Source of the DNA: a virus
Strand: one strand, 5' to 3'
Virus record (IMG/VR): IMGVR_UViG_3300027969_002800
Span: 52,994-116,993 of that record
DNA length: 64,000 bases
Shown here piece by piece: positions 9,141-19,236 of this stretch. The position numbers and the translations under genes were made by a program. How positions within the stretch are numbered: position 1 is the stretch's first letter; every line of letters starts with the position of its first letter. Below the pieces are notes generated by a model. The model was given only the letters and a program-made list of their open reading frames with translations. It did not search any database and was not told the DNA's origin.

Positions 9141-9654
9141 ATTTTAGTTTTAATTGGTTACGTCTATTATTAACCTCCTCATACTTATACATGTCATTTT
9201 CAACATTAGAATGCTCCTCAAGGGTCAAAAGTATAATATTTTCTTCATCTAAACAAGCTTCTGGATACTTTTCTTTTGGTAAAATGTGATGGAAATATGT
9301 ACTCATTGCTTCTTTACCAAGATAGGCATCACTTATTTCTGACCTATGTGGTCTTTTCTTCCATATACACAAGAAGAACTGTCTCATTTCCAAGAACTTA
9401 CTAGGAGATTTGTCCAGTTTTTGTGATAATAAACTGGACTTTTGCAAAGATTTACCATCACTAACCCCTTTTTTAGGGGTTAATGTTGGCTTTAACCTAC
9501 TTTGAGCTAAAGGTTTTCTTTGTTTATGCTGAAAGCAATATTCTCCATCAGAATTCTTTCCACATGTTTTACACTTCATCTTCTTTAGTAAAGTAATGAT
9601 TGAAAGGATTAGGTCCTGATGTGTATGGTTGTGTACTACCAGATGTAGGACCAT
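9127..9654 (-). CDS. HNH-type nuclease (real start probably at MKCKTCG)
   Basis: CxxC..C..H N-terminus; FHHILPK..YP....ENIILL...H. Confidence 0.65.
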   Translation of the reverse strand: MVLHLVVHNHTHQDLILSIITLLKKMKCKTCGKNSDGEYCFQHKQRKPLAQSRLKPTLTPKKGVSDGKSLQKSSLLSQKLDKSPSKFLEMRQFFLCIWKKRPHRSEISDAYLGKEAMSTYFHHILPKEKYPEACLDEENIILLTLEEHSNVENDMYKYEEVNNRRNQLKLKYERT

Positions 9655-9874
9655 TAATACCTCCAGTTATTGGTAAAGTTCCAAATGGTGTAGGTGTGCA
9701 ATCACAACTTCCTTTCCATGGAGCATTTATCTTTCCACATCTATGACATTCCCATGATAAAGAAACTTTAGGACATGTGCACATTTGTGGTTGTCCTGTA
9801 CTACTCCAAGTAAGAGGCATAGTTTTATATCCTCTACAAGTTGTACATATCTGAGGGAAATCAAAATTAGTCAT
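9569..9874 (-). CDS. Cys-rich zinc-ribbon protein
   Basis: [20 protein letters not shown]...CDC. Confidence 0.55.
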   Translation of the reverse strand: MTNFDFPQICTTCRGYKTMPLTWSSTGQPQMCTCPKVSLSWECHRCGKINAPWKGSCDCTPTPFGTLPITGGINGPTSGSTQPYTSGPNPFNHYFTKEDEV

Positions 9875-10109
9875 TGTCTTCTACTTTTTCATACGTTAAT
9901 TCAAATATATCTGGTTTACATGGATAAAATTCTCCTTGTACTCCTTTTATGATATAATCACCTTTAGAAGCATGCATCTGTCCTTCTAAGGTTTGAATGT
10001 ACAATTCTCCATCTCTAAATTCAACGCCTCTTAAAAAATCATATATTTCTTCTTGATTTCCATTCCATTGAATTGCTTCAATTACAACTGGTTTTTTTCT
10101 GTATTTCAT
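9867..10109 (-). CDS. Conserved phage protein (PGDYG-like)
   Basis: [38 protein letters not shown]. Confidence 0.85.
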   Translation of the reverse strand: MKYRKKPVVIEAIQWNGNQEEIYDFLRGVEFRDGELYIQTLEGQMHASKGDYIIKGVQGEFYPCKPDIFELTYEKVEDND

Positions 10110-10741
10110 AATTTATTTATTTTTTTATGTTTAACATTAATTGGTGTATTTACTATTTTCTCTATAGACCATCCTCTAAGAACTCTATTATTAAATGTTG
10201 AAGTTGAAATATTTAATTTTTCACACCATTCAGACATACATAAAGTTTCTTCTAAGTAAGTATATACTTTATTATTAGTTCTATTTCTAGCTTGAATCAT
10301 TGGTGTAGCCCATCTACAATTACTAGGTTCATAATTTCCATTCACGTCTATTCTATCTATAGTTAAATCTTTTGATTCTCCCATATCTAAATAAAAATTA
10401 ATAAATGAATCTTTCCATTTATCACATATAATAATTCCTCTTCCTCCATAGTTTTTATAACGAGGATTATTAGAATTATAACATCTGTCTTTCATAGACT
10501 GCCATATTGAAAATTCTCTAGACTTCCACATACCATGTGATCCTGTTAGAAGTGAACATTTATTACAACTTCTAGATGCACCACTTCTCAATGATGCACC
10601 TAAAACTTGTTTTTCTTTTCCACAATCACATTTTACATTATATAATATGTGACCATTTTTGTTTCTGGTTTCAATTTCAGATATAACTGTTAGTATACCA
10701 TATTTTTTACCAATCATACATTGTTTATTTGTTTTTCCCAT
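10106..10741 (-). CDS. Free-standing HNH homing endonuclease
   Basis: [36 protein letters not shown]...QARN. Confidence 0.88.
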   Translation of the reverse strand: MGKTNKQCMIGKKYGILTVISEIETRNKNGHILYNVKCDCGKEKQVLGASLRSGASRSCNKCSLLTGSHGMWKSREFSIWQSMKDRCYNSNNPRYKNYGGRGIIICDKWKDSFINFYLDMGESKDLTIDRIDVNGNYEPSNCRWATPMIQARNRTNNKVYTYLEETLCMSEWCEKLNISTSTFNNRVLRGWSIEKIVNTPINVKHKKINKL

Positions 10742-10791
10742 AATTTAAATATTTAAGATTTTACAAATATACAATATTTATTAAACAAAAA

Positions 10792-11097
10792 CTAATTATC
10801 CTTACAAAACTGTCCATTTCTCATAACTCCACTACGTTTAGCTATTACATTGTATGCACTCTCTAAACATTCTGTCAAACTCACTCCTTGCAGTTCTGCT
10901 TGGATGATGATTGTAACTAGGATGTCACCTAGTGCATCAATTATCTCTTCTTTGTTGTTATCAAAGATAGCATCTGCTAGTTCTTCCACTTCTTCCAATG
11001 TTTTATCACATTGTCTACCTGGTGTTCCATTCTCTAGAATACCTTTTTGTTCTGCCCATGCTAATACAAGAGCTTCTAATTCATTGTAACTTTTCAT
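10792..11097 (-). CDS. MazG-like NTP pyrophosphohydrolase
   Basis: KTLEEVEEL...DALGDILVT. Confidence 0.85.
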   Translation of the reverse strand: MKSYNELEALVLAWAEQKGILENGTPGRQCDKTLEEVEELADAIFDNNKEEIIDALGDILVTIIIQAELQGVSLTECLESAYNVIAKRSGVMRNGQFCKDN

Positions 11098-11735
11098 ATT
11101 ATTTTTTCTGTTATTAATATTTGTCTAACTTTTTCTATTAGATCTTTTATAGATCCATCATTAATGATTTCATAATCAAACTCTGCTTTATCAAGACTTG
11201 TCTCACTAGGATGTAATCTTACAGGTGTTTTACTTTTCTCAACTGGTCTAACCACTTTAATTGTAAGTCCTTTGACATCCTCTACAGCTTCTAATTCATT
11301 AGGAAACCTAACATCTGTAATAATCCAATTGCTTGGGTTGTACTCACTCATCTTTGGTCTCTTGTATTCACACATTAATGCGTTCACCCAAGCGTTAGGA
11401 TGTAATCCATCACGTATAGCTTCTGTACCAAGCTTCTGAAGAAGTTCTCTTACAGACATTAATGCATTAAACTGTATGTCAGCAAATGGTGGTATTGAGT
11501 TAAGTGGTACTTGTTGCACTGTTCCCCATTCATATCCAAGATATGACTTCTTGAATTCTTGATCTTCAAAATCCTCTACAGGAATACCAGTTAACAAGGA
11601 AGCTATTTGTTTTAGCTTCCCTGCAAACTTCTTAACTTCAAACACTGGCCCATGATTACTAAGACATACCTCTTGTATAATTTCTCCAACAGTGTCTTTA
11701 CCACTTCCTATTCTACCTGCTATACCTATTATCAT
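11094..11735 (-). CDS. Deoxynucleoside monophosphate kinase
   Basis: GRIGSGKDT, RELLQKLGTE, ITDVRFPNE, HPSE. Confidence 0.9.
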   Translation of the reverse strand: MIIGIAGRIGSGKDTVGEIIQEVCLSNHGPVFEVKKFAGKLKQIASLLTGIPVEDFEDQEFKKSYLGYEWGTVQQVPLNSIPPFADIQFNALMSVRELLQKLGTEAIRDGLHPNAWVNALMCEYKRPKMSEYNPSNWIITDVRFPNELEAVEDVKGLTIKVVRPVEKSKTPVRLHPSETSLDKAEFDYEIINDGSIKDLIEKVRQILITEKII

Positions 11736-12790
11736 AATGCATCTGGTTCAGGACATACATCTTCTTCCACTTCCACTTCTTCAATAGGAAGATCAGTTTG
11801 GTTGATTGCAGCTACAATCTTCTCTTTAAGCTCATCATAGAACTCTGGGTTATCAACTACCAACTGTTTGAATTCTTCTAAGTCATACTTAGTTCCATCT
11901 ACTGTCATAGTTTTACCATACTTACGTCCTAGCTCAAACTCATTAAGAAGAGTCATCATCTCATCAAGAATGTCAATACCTTTACCATACACAATCTCAA
12001 ACTCTGATTTTCTATATGGAGGAGACATTTTATTCTTGACAGCTTTCAGCTTAGTAATGTTACCATAGTTTACATCACCATCTTTGGCTAAAGTTCTAGA
12101 CACTTCTATTCTTACATCACTGTAGAATTTAAGAGCATGACCACCTTGAGTTGTTGTAGGATTACCAAACATAACACCAATCTTCTCTCTATATTGGGAT
12201 ATTACGATAACACATACATTATGCTGTGATAGAGCCCCTTTAAGCTTTGGATAAGCATTACTGTTCAATAAAGCTTTTCTACCGATTGTAGAGTCTCCTA
12301 CATCACCATCAAGCATCTTCTTAGGAATAAGCGATGAATCTGAATCGATAATTACTAGATCAATCTCTCCAGTGTTAATCATTTCCATAGCAATATTGAA
12401 ACCCTCCTCACCACAAGATGGTTGAGAAATCAATAGCTTAGTTGTATCAACACCTAGTTTCTTGAAATAGTTCTTGTCAACAGCATGCTCACCATCTATA
12501 TATAGAACAGTTCCTCCTGCTTTTTGACATTCAGCTGCAGCATGTCCACATATTGTAGATTTACCTGTGCCCTCCCAGCCCATAAGTTCATAGAGTTTCC
12601 CCTTTACAAATCCTCCTACACCAAGTGTGATGTGATCAAAACCAATACTCCCTGTACTGATTACATCATAATCACCTCCTGCTTTAGAGTCTAACGCTAA
12701 TATTGAACCAACCCCATATTTTTTATTAAGGTTGTCAACTGCTTCTTGAAACTTGTTATTAGTTTCTTTTACTACTTTTTTTCCTGCCAT
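11732..12790 (-). CDS. recA: RecA recombinase
   Basis: GWEGTGKST, YIDGEHA, ISQP..GEE, GGHALKFYSDVR, VKNK. Confidence 0.95.
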   Translation of the reverse strand: MAGKKVVKETNNKFQEAVDNLNKKYGVGSILALDSKAGGDYDVISTGSIGFDHITLGVGGFVKGKLYELMGWEGTGKSTICGHAAAECQKAGGTVLYIDGEHAVDKNYFKKLGVDTTKLLISQPSCGEEGFNIAMEMINTGEIDLVIIDSDSSLIPKKMLDGDVGDSTIGRKALLNSNAYPKLKGALSQHNVCVIVISQYREKIGVMFGNPTTTQGGHALKFYSDVRIEVSRTLAKDGDVNYGNITKLKAVKNKMSPPYRKSEFEIVYGKGIDILDEMMTLLNEFELGRKYGKTMTVDGTKYDLEEFKQLVVDNPEFYDELKEKIVAAINQTDLPIEEVEVEEDVCPEPDAL

Positions 12791-13036
12791 TATTTAGTTG
12801 TTTTAATTGTTTTTTAGTTATTTTTTAGTTGTTTTAACTGTTTAAAGATAATAAATTTTTGTGTTATTTCCTAACCTTTTGTAGTAAGATAGACCCCATA
12901 AATTAGGGTTTATCTATCCACGATTGGTCCCATAAATCTTAGAAATTTGGGACGAAATAGTTATTCTTGGTGAAAAATAGGTATTTCTGATATGTTCTGG
13001 TGAAAAGTAGGTTTGACTATTAATAGTCAATAGTCA

Positions 13037-13068
13037 AAAAAACCCTAAATTTCTTTAGGGCTCTTTCT
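13037..13068 (-). terminator. Intrinsic terminator
   Basis: CCCTAAA-n-TTTAGGG hairpin with a U-tract on the minus strand. Confidence 0.55.
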
Positions 13069-13103
13069 TCACAATTTAAAAAAAACATAACAGAACAGAA
13101 CTT

Positions 13104-13283
13104 TTATTCACTTGTTCTAAGTGATGTATTACCTTTTTCACATTTATCAAAAGGACAATGTCTGCATTCATTACCACAGCATTGTTTCTTTGTTTTTAAT
13201 AGATACTCCTTAGTGAAATGAATTCTTCCATCCTCTAAGTAATAGTCTCTAAACTCTATGAATTCTTTTTTATCTTCACTCAT
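13104..13283 (-). CDS. DUF5522-like Cys-rich small protein, 59 aa, not in ORF track
   Basis: DYYLEDGRIHFTKEYLLK..QCCGNECRHCPF. Confidence 0.7.
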   Translation of the reverse strand: MSEDKKEFIEFRDYYLEDGRIHFTKEYLLKTKKQCCGNECRHCPFDKCEKGNTSLRTSE

Positions 13284-13459
13284 TTTCTATTCATTTTAGA
13301 AGGAACTATTATATATTCCTCATCGAATAACTGATGCACTCTCTTTGGATCTAAACTGAATATATCAATTAGTTCTTCTGGAGATAATGCTGGATATCTT
13401 TCTTTGAACTCAAATATAAGAAGTTTAGTTTTTAGAGCTAGTTTTCTTGTATTCCCCAT
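13280..13459 (-). CDS. Small hypothetical protein, 59 aa, not in ORF track
   Basis: MGNTRKLALKTKLL...IVPSKMNRK; ATGA overlap with the next gene. Confidence 0.5.
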   Translation of the reverse strand: MGNTRKLALKTKLLIFEFKERYPALSPEELIDIFSLDPKRVHQLFDEEYIIVPSKMNRK

Positions 13460-13682
13460 CTTGAGATTGTTTTATAAGTTCTCTTTCATCTTCGAATGCA
13501 TATCGATACTTAGCATCTTTATATTCCTCCATGATGATTGGATTATGCATTTTTCTGAAGAAGTCTTTGCTGGTGCTCTCTATAGCTAGAATGATGTGAC
13601 TATCATTATATCCACATACATATCCCTTATACTTAGGATGCACTATCAACATATTCTTATACTGGTTGAATACTTTTTCCAT
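13425..13682 (-). CDS. Hypothetical protein
   Basis: ORF in packed minus-strand operon. Confidence 0.55.
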   Translation of the reverse strand: MEKVFNQYKNMLIVHPKYKGYVCGYNDSHIILAIESTSKDFFRKMHNPIIMEEYKDAKYRYAFEDERELIKQSQDGEYKKTSSKN

Positions 13683-13995
13683 CTTTGTCTAGGTTTAAAC
13701 TTGCTAATCTATTTTCTAACTCATATTCCACCTTTAGAATGAAGTTGATCTTGTCTTCGAGTTCTTGATCAACAATTCTACCTACAAAAGGCATTAGTTC
13801 ATAAAGATTTGTATACACCCTAGCTAATCCATATTTAGTTTTTATTTGACTAAATTGAAATCCAGGAATCTTTATAAGATCATTAAATATTTGGTCTACA
13901 TAAGTTAATACAGAAGGTTCATCAATAGACATTCCATAATGCCCTTCTTCTAAATAAGCTGCATACTTATCATTAAATTCTTTATACGTTCTCAT
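13657..13995 (-). CDS. Hypothetical protein
   Basis: QIKTKYGLARVY resembles the QxKEKFGxLRxY phage family. Confidence 0.6.
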   Translation of the reverse strand: MRTYKEFNDKYAAYLEEGHYGMSIDEPSVLTYVDQIFNDLIKIPGFQFSQIKTKYGLARVYTNLYELMPFVGRIVDQELEDKINFILKVEYELENRLASLNLDKDGKSIQPV

Positions 13996-14389
13996 TTGTT
14001 TCTTCTTTAGGGGTTAATTTGTTTTCTAATATTTCAAATGCTGCTTCTATAGCAAACAATTCTGCTTCTTTTCTAGTTTTTTTAATATCTGGACTGATAT
14101 TACCAATTTTATATGAAAAATAATTACTAGGATATATAGATCCTTCATTTAGTGGTCTAAAAATCTCTATTAATATATGATTCTCATCAAATACATCTAA
14201 TAACATTCTAGGATTGGCATCAATCATAATTGCTAGTTTGTCATCTTCTATACCTGTTTCTCTCATCATGTCTTTGAATTCATCTGGAACATCTGCTGTT
14301 TGCAATGATTCAATCATCTTTTCTAAAAACCATGCTCTAATAACAACAGCTGATGCTGTATGTTTTTGTAATAAATCTATTCCTTTCAT
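13982..14389 (-). CDS. Hypothetical protein
   Basis: ORF in operon. Confidence 0.6.
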   Translation of the reverse strand: MKGIDLLQKHTASAVVIRAWFLEKMIESLQTADVPDEFKDMMRETGIEDDKLAIMIDANPRMLLDVFDENHILIEIFRPLNEGSIYPSNYFSYKIGNISPDIKKTRKEAELFAIEAAFEILENKLTPKEETNENV

Positions 14390-14390
14390 A

Positions 14391-14594
14391 TTATTGTTCT
14401 ATTGGTTGTTCATGTAATACTAGAGAGGCTTCTATCCACCATACTCTTTCAAAATCAAACTCAGTTAACGGTTCCTTTTCTTTGCATGCTTTATATTTGA
14501 TGTCATACATCATAGCAGCCATCTCACAGAATGTAGCAGTCTTTTCTGTTCCATACTCTTCTATCAGTGATTCTAATATTTGTCTATTAAACAT
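14391..14594 (-). CDS. Hypothetical protein
   Basis: ORF in operon. Confidence 0.55.
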   Translation of the reverse strand: MFNRQILESLIEEYGTEKTATFCEMAAMMYDIKYKACKEKEPLTEFDFERVWWIEASLVLHEQPIEQ

Positions 14595-15138
14595 GTTCTT
14601 TTAGTTTATCAATTATTAATACTTCTTTTTCTTCATCCCAACCTTCCCACACTTCAAACTCATCTTCAAATGTAATACCTATTTTATCTTCCCAGAACTC
14701 TACAAGATCTGCGCTCTTCTTAAATATTCTCAATTGAAGACTTATCTCATCTTTGCTTAGTCCTGATTTGATAATCTTAACAGACTTAGGGAATTCACTC
14801 TGGAAGGCTTTTGATGTTTTAGAATACTTACCTTGTTTAACAAGTTCAAAGTCTTGCTTGAATCTTTCATTGAGTTGATATACAACAACAACAAACCCAT
14901 CTTCATAATCATAATCTTCTATTATAGATTTTGTTCTTTCATATTCTCCATCTAAGAACTCCCTAAACTTATCCAAATTATCAGGCTTAAATAACAGATA
15001 TATAGAATCTTTATAATCATGTTGCATTTTTTCATCTTTAATGTATCCATTTATAAATCCATTTGAGCGTAAAGCATCCTTTGGCACCCGAAGAGTGGGC
15101 ACCATAAAGATACTAGTTATATTCTTTTTTACTTCCAT
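14587..15138 (-). CDS. Hypothetical protein
   Basis: ORF immediately downstream of the PD-(D/E)XK nuclease. Confidence 0.65.
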   Translation of the reverse strand: MEVKKNITSIFMVPTLRVPKDALRSNGFINGYIKDEKMQHDYKDSIYLLFKPDNLDKFREFLDGEYERTKSIIEDYDYEDGFVVVVYQLNERFKQDFELVKQGKYSKTSKAFQSEFPKSVKIIKSGLSKDEISLQLRIFKKSADLVEFWEDKIGITFEDEFEVWEGWDEEKEVLIIDKLKEHV

Positions 15139-15139
15139 G

Positions 15140-16192
15140 TTATCCCTTAATGTTAACTATTCCATTAGATAAATAGTTTTTGTGGCTTATGTTCCACGTT
15201 CCTGTTTCTTTACACCATATAAGTGCTTTAACAATATCTTCTACACCAGGATATGTTCTTCCTTTGTGTACAAATCCATCATGAGCATCTCCCATATCAT
15301 CAATATCTAGTGTATAAATCAATGGCTGATAGTAGTTGGTTGAATCACATACAATAAACTTTAGATATTCCACTGTATATTCATAATATTCACTCTCTGG
15401 ATCATCTACTAGTTTTAACATTGCATGAAAATACAAATAAGCTTGGATGTATGCTCTTCTGTAAAGATAGTATTCTTCATAGAAATTCTCTACACTCCAT
15501 GTACATTTTAAATCATATGGCTGTATGACTCTTTCATCATGATCAATGATCACTTTATCAAGCATACTCTTAAGAGGAAGACCATCTAGGTCATATCCTT
15601 CTACCTGCATTTGATCTATCACTGTATACCTAGAGCTGTTCACTAGATTAACAATTGGTGCTGTTGTACTATTAGTCTTTAACTGCTCAACAATCTTTTC
15701 AGCAATAGATACTTCCATTGTATTGATAACAGTTAGATTCTTAGTTCTAACCATTCGTATTTCATTATAATAGATCTCAGCATCAGATCCAAAGAACTTA
15801 CCTATCACAGCCTCGTATTTAATCTTAAATCCTGATATAACATAAGCTTCTTGTGATATGTCTGTAAAATCTTTTGTCACTACACCATTTTCATCTGTAC
15901 AATCTCTTGTTACACGATATAATGCTTCAACAAAGTCTAACATTAATCCTGTTGGTGTAGAAGCACAAGATGACATATAGAACTTTTCATCAAATAAATG
16001 AGGTTCCATTAAAATACACTCAACCAACTTACCCATGTTAATAGATGTATTGTCTTTATCTTCTACAGATTCATTTAAATAATATTTTTTATAATATTTT
16101 CTTCTATTTTCAGAAAACATTTTTAAAGATGAGGAACTATCCATAACTACTTTCCTATAATCTTCTTCTGTTCTTTTTTTACTTGTTATCAT
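15140..16192 (-). CDS. PD-(D/E)XK exonuclease (RecE/Cas4-like)
   Basis: SSSSLK, GKLVEC, KSMLD...YDLK, YIQAYLY. Confidence 0.8.
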   Translation of the reverse strand: MITSKKRTEEDYRKVVMDSSSSLKMFSENRRKYYKKYYLNESVEDKDNTSINMGKLVECILMEPHLFDEKFYMSSCASTPTGLMLDFVEALYRVTRDCTDENGVVTKDFTDISQEAYVISGFKIKYEAVIGKFFGSDAEIYYNEIRMVRTKNLTVINTMEVSIAEKIVEQLKTNSTTAPIVNLVNSSRYTVIDQMQVEGYDLDGLPLKSMLDKVIIDHDERVIQPYDLKCTWSVENFYEEYYLYRRAYIQAYLYFHAMLKLVDDPESEYYEYTVEYLKFIVCDSTNYYQPLIYTLDIDDMGDAHDGFVHKGRTYPGVEDIVKALIWCKETGTWNISHKNYLSNGIVNIKG

Positions 16193-16206
16193 ATTTTTAA
16201 TTTGTG

Positions 16207-16863
16207 TTATGTTAAATATTTAAACGGTTTACATTTTTCAGGAGAATTATTTAATCTTCTTCTAAGTGTTTCTATAGGTATATTAAAAAGTTTAGCAACC
16301 ATAGACATAGATTTATATATCTCATTAGTTTCAGTATTAATAACTTTTTTTCCTTTTTTGTATAACGCTTTGTTTTTATTGTTCAATAAACCTTTTGAAA
16401 TCTTAAGTTTATGCTCATTAGAAAGTTTCTTTCCTAAATTTGCAATTCTATTAGCTTGTCTAGTTTTTGAAGATCTTTTTTTACCTAAATTAGAAATTCT
16501 TAATTTCTCTTTAGTTTCTTCAGAAACTTTATGACCAAGCATTTTTTGTCTTCTTTTTTCAATAGATTCTTTTGATTGTTTATGCCCTGCACTTCCTCTA
16601 CCTCCTGCATCAATATTTACTAGCGGTCCTTTGTTTAAAGTTCTTCTACCTATTGATTCTATTAAAGAAATTTCTATTAATAAAGCTTCTTCGTAAGTTA
16701 TATCATTATGTAGAATTTCAACTTTATAAGATGTTTTATCTGTAATTGCTTTCCAAAAAGAATTTCTGCAGTTTTTAGAATAAGCTCTTTTTAAAGTTGC
16801 ACCAACACCAATGTAAAATATTTCATTTTTGTCTAATCTGATGTGTTGATAAACTATTGCCAT
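16207..16863 (-). CDS. GIY-YIG-like homing endonuclease with NUMOD3 repeats
   Basis: VYQH...FYIGVG...RAY; E..LI..GR; LVN...GG; HKQSKES, HKVSEETKEKL, LSNEHKLKIS. Confidence 0.82.
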   Translation of the reverse strand: MAIVYQHIRLDKNEIFYIGVGATLKRAYSKNCRNSFWKAITDKTSYKVEILHNDITYEEALLIEISLIESIGRRTLNKGPLVNIDAGGRGSAGHKQSKESIEKRRQKMLGHKVSEETKEKLRISNLGKKRSSKTRQANRIANLGKKLSNEHKLKISKGLLNNKNKALYKKGKKVINTETNEIYKSMSMVAKLFNIPIETLRRRLNNSPEKCKPFKYLT

Positions 16864-16997
16864 TACATTAATAAGTCTTGAATAATTATTAATCTAATGT
16901 ATGCTGATAGGCTAAGTCCTAATGATTCAGCTTTTTTAACTAATTTTTCTTTTACTTCTCCATTTATACGAAGTAAAATAGTTTCTTGATTTTTCAT
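16863..16997 (-). CDS. Ribbon-helix-helix DNA-binding protein, 44 aa, not in ORF track
   Basis: MKNQETILLRINGEVKEKLVKKAESLGLSLSAYIRLIIIQDLLM; TAATG-coupled to the endonuclease; TACGTTTG promoter upstream. Confidence 0.75.
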   Translation of the reverse strand: MKNQETILLRINGEVKEKLVKKAESLGLSLSAYIRLIIIQDLLM

Positions 16998-17053
16998 TTG
17001 TATATATTTTTGTTATACAAACGTAATACAAATATTTTAATCTACCAAATTTT

Positions 17054-17116
17054 TTATAACATTTTTTTAAACATTACTGCTCTGTATTGAGCTTCTGTTT
17101 TTGTTCCTTTTATCAT
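17054..17116 (-). pseudogene. Orphan N-terminal fragment of the PD-(D/E)XK nuclease gene
   Basis: MIKGTKTEAQYRAVMFKKML* aligns with MITSKKRTEEDYRKVVM at the start of 15140..16192. Confidence 0.6.
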
Positions 17117-17260
17117 AATTATTTGTATATTAATATTGCTGATTGTAATGCTCGTTCACCTCTTATAGCATTGATAGATGTCATAACTAATGATACAACA
17201 GTCTTCAATTCTTTATTCTCTATCATCAATTGAAGATCTCTCTGGATGATATATACATTC

Positions 17261-17641
17261 TCACTCTCCCAATATCTTGTTTTCATCTTCTTTGATTTTT
17301 AAAATTTGATTAGTTAAATATTCTAATGAATAAGCATAAGCTTCTTCTGATTCATATGCAAACTCTATACCTATCTTTTCAAATAGATATACAATAGCAT
17401 GAAAAGCTTCATGAGCTACAATGCCTGGGTTATCTATATCATCTTTAAACCTTATAAGAATACATCCAGTCTTAAGTTTAAATGTAGTGGCTATAGCTTT
17501 TTGATTAGTCATTCTTTTATCAAACTTCTTCTTAGATATGTTCTCTTTGATTTCTTCGTACAGATCATCATCTGATTGTCCTATAGACACAACTACATCA
17601 TGTCCATATACATCTATTGGTATCACTTTAAATATGTTCAT
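17261..17641 (-). CDS. HExxH zincin-like protein
   Basis: IVAHEAFHA...EEAYAY. Confidence 0.65.
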   Translation of the reverse strand: MNIFKVIPIDVYGHDVVVSIGQSDDDLYEEIKENISKKKFDKRMTNQKAIATTFKLKTGCILIRFKDDIDNPGIVAHEAFHAIVYLFEKIGIEFAYESEEAYAYSLEYLTNQILKIKEDENKILGE

Positions 17642-17868
17642 AGTGTTTGTTTAAATGCTTCTATAATTTGTGGATACAAAGCTCGTATCTCCCTTGGTAC
17701 TCTACTGAAGAACCATCTCACCTCTAGTTCATATTGCTCACCCTTGTCATCTAATCCTTGTGGATGTATTAACCAGAAATAATGATATTTACCATTGTTC
17801 TCTACGTGTCCTTCATGCCACACTTCATTAAAAGCAGGTTCTTTGTTTATTGTTATTGCGTTAGTCAT
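17638..17868 (-). CDS. Hypothetical protein
   Basis: ORF overlapping its neighbours. Confidence 0.6.
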   Translation of the reverse strand: MTNAITINKEPAFNEVWHEGHVENNGKYHYFWLIHPQGLDDKGEQYELEVRWFFSRVPREIRALYPQIIEAFKQTL

Positions 17869-18268
17869 CTATTGTAATGTTATTAGTTATACGATGTTCT
17901 ATTTCCTTCTTCATTATTTCTTCCATCCATGGAGCTATTTTACCTCCCATATCTTTAATGATATTATTGATATGATCATTTGACATATCTGCTACTGATT
18001 TATATGATAGAGGACTTCTACCATCTTTACCTCTATTGCCCCAATGTGCAGCACTTCTATTCATCTGATGATCATCTGATAGATATATAGTGGAACGTGC
18101 ATCAACTAATGAAAGATCTTTACCTCCATAGCGTTGATAATCTGTACCACCATCTACCATTGTTTCATTCCAACAATTACATGTTTTGTAATCATGTCTG
18201 TTATATGATGTAAGCACTTCTCCACATTCTCTACATTGTACTCTATTGAGTATTATCTGTTTCTCCAT
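17861..18268 (-). CDS. Zinc-ribbon phage protein
   Basis: CRECGE..S..RHDY..CNC...VDGG. Confidence 0.7.
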   Translation of the reverse strand: MEKQIILNRVQCRECGEVLTSYNRHDYKTCNCWNETMVDGGTDYQRYGGKDLSLVDARSTIYLSDDHQMNRSAAHWGNRGKDGRSPLSYKSVADMSNDHINNIIKDMGGKIAPWMEEIMKKEIEHRITNNITIDD

Positions 18269-18273
18269 AATGA

Positions 18274-18696
18274 TTATCTATCACATTCAACAAATGATTC
18301 TGGGTACTCTTTTAATGCTTTAAGATATTCTTCTATCCAAGGAACAAAATTATGATACATTCCCCAACCATTTGGGCTATTGAATGTTTCATAATGTTTT
18401 GGTCTAGCTTTCATATCTGATAAACCTTTTTCTATAATAGGAATTATCTCATAAGCTTGTACAGGATTAGCCTCTTCAAACTTATATTGAGCATCATAAT
18501 CATTTTCAGGAATATCATACCCTGGTTTCAATTGATAAGGTCTCCATAGTGCTTCATACAATCCAGCAGCGTCAGCCATCTTTCCTAGATTATGTGTAAT
18601 GTTTGCATTATACAAAGATTCTCTTTGTGGTTCTAATGTTTTACCTTCGTCATAAGTGACATGGTAATTTCTATATAATGTTACGTCTAAACTCAT
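18274..18696 (-). CDS. Conserved phage protein
   Basis: MSLDV..ANITHNL..MA..AG...NGWG. Confidence 0.7.
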   Translation of the reverse strand: MSLDVTLYRNYHVTYDEGKTLEPQRESLYNANITHNLGKMADAAGLYEALWRPYQLKPGYDIPENDYDAQYKFEEANPVQAYEIIPIIEKGLSDMKARPKHYETFNSPNGWGMYHNFVPWIEEYLKALKEYPESFVECDR

Positions 18697-18787
18697 TTGT
18701 TTTGTTTATTACAGGTTTTACATTTTAGTGTCTCTGGATCAAAGTTTCTCTCTGTCTTACACTTGTCACAATATTGATATAATGTTA

Positions 18788-19171
18788 TCATTTCTTTTTA
18801 ACTTGTTTCTCTTTTAATGTTTTCTTATCATGGCATGTTGTACACAAAATCTGTAGATTATCTTGTTCACAGAACAATCTTTCTACAAATCCTGGTAAAT
18901 CATCTGCACAATTAAGACTCCCAGCAGGTAACACGTGATCAACATTAACTTGTTTCTCAGGATACCACTTCTTACACTTCTTACACTGATATTCATACTT
19001 CTGGCGTTTACTAACACCTTTATAATCTCTACGTGCATTTAATTTACATACTGATATAGGCTTCCACCATCTACTCTTTTGTCTCAAAGCACTTCTTATG
19101 AAGCTCCAGAAGGCTGCCTCACTCATTGTACCACTGCATCTTGTCTTTGGGACTAACACTCTCTTCGCCAT
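18788..19171 (-). CDS. HNH endonuclease
   Basis: YQCKKC...VDHV...NLQILCTTCHDKKT. Confidence 0.85.
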   Translation of the reverse strand: MAKRVLVPKTRCSGTMSEAAFWSFIRSALRQKSRWWKPISVCKLNARRDYKGVSKRQKYEYQCKKCKKWYPEKQVNVDHVLPAGSLNCADDLPGFVERLFCEQDNLQILCTTCHDKKTLKEKQVKKK

Positions 19172-19189
19172 ATTATTATAATTAAGTTA

Positions 19190-19219
19190 TGTCGCAAATA
19201 TAGGATAAATTTGCGACAC
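19190..19219 (-). promoter_or_regulatory. TAnnTTTG promoter embedded in an inverted repeat
   Basis: TGTCGCAAAT-ataggata-aATTTGCGACA; minus strand reads TATATTTG. Confidence 0.6.
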
Positions 19220-19236
19220 AACTGTAATTAATTTTA

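Noticed and set aside
12900-13030. Mini CRISPR array
   Set aside because: Only two imperfect ~19-nt repeats with a ~11-nt spacer and no cas genes; the PD-(D/E)XK nuclease is in a recombination context
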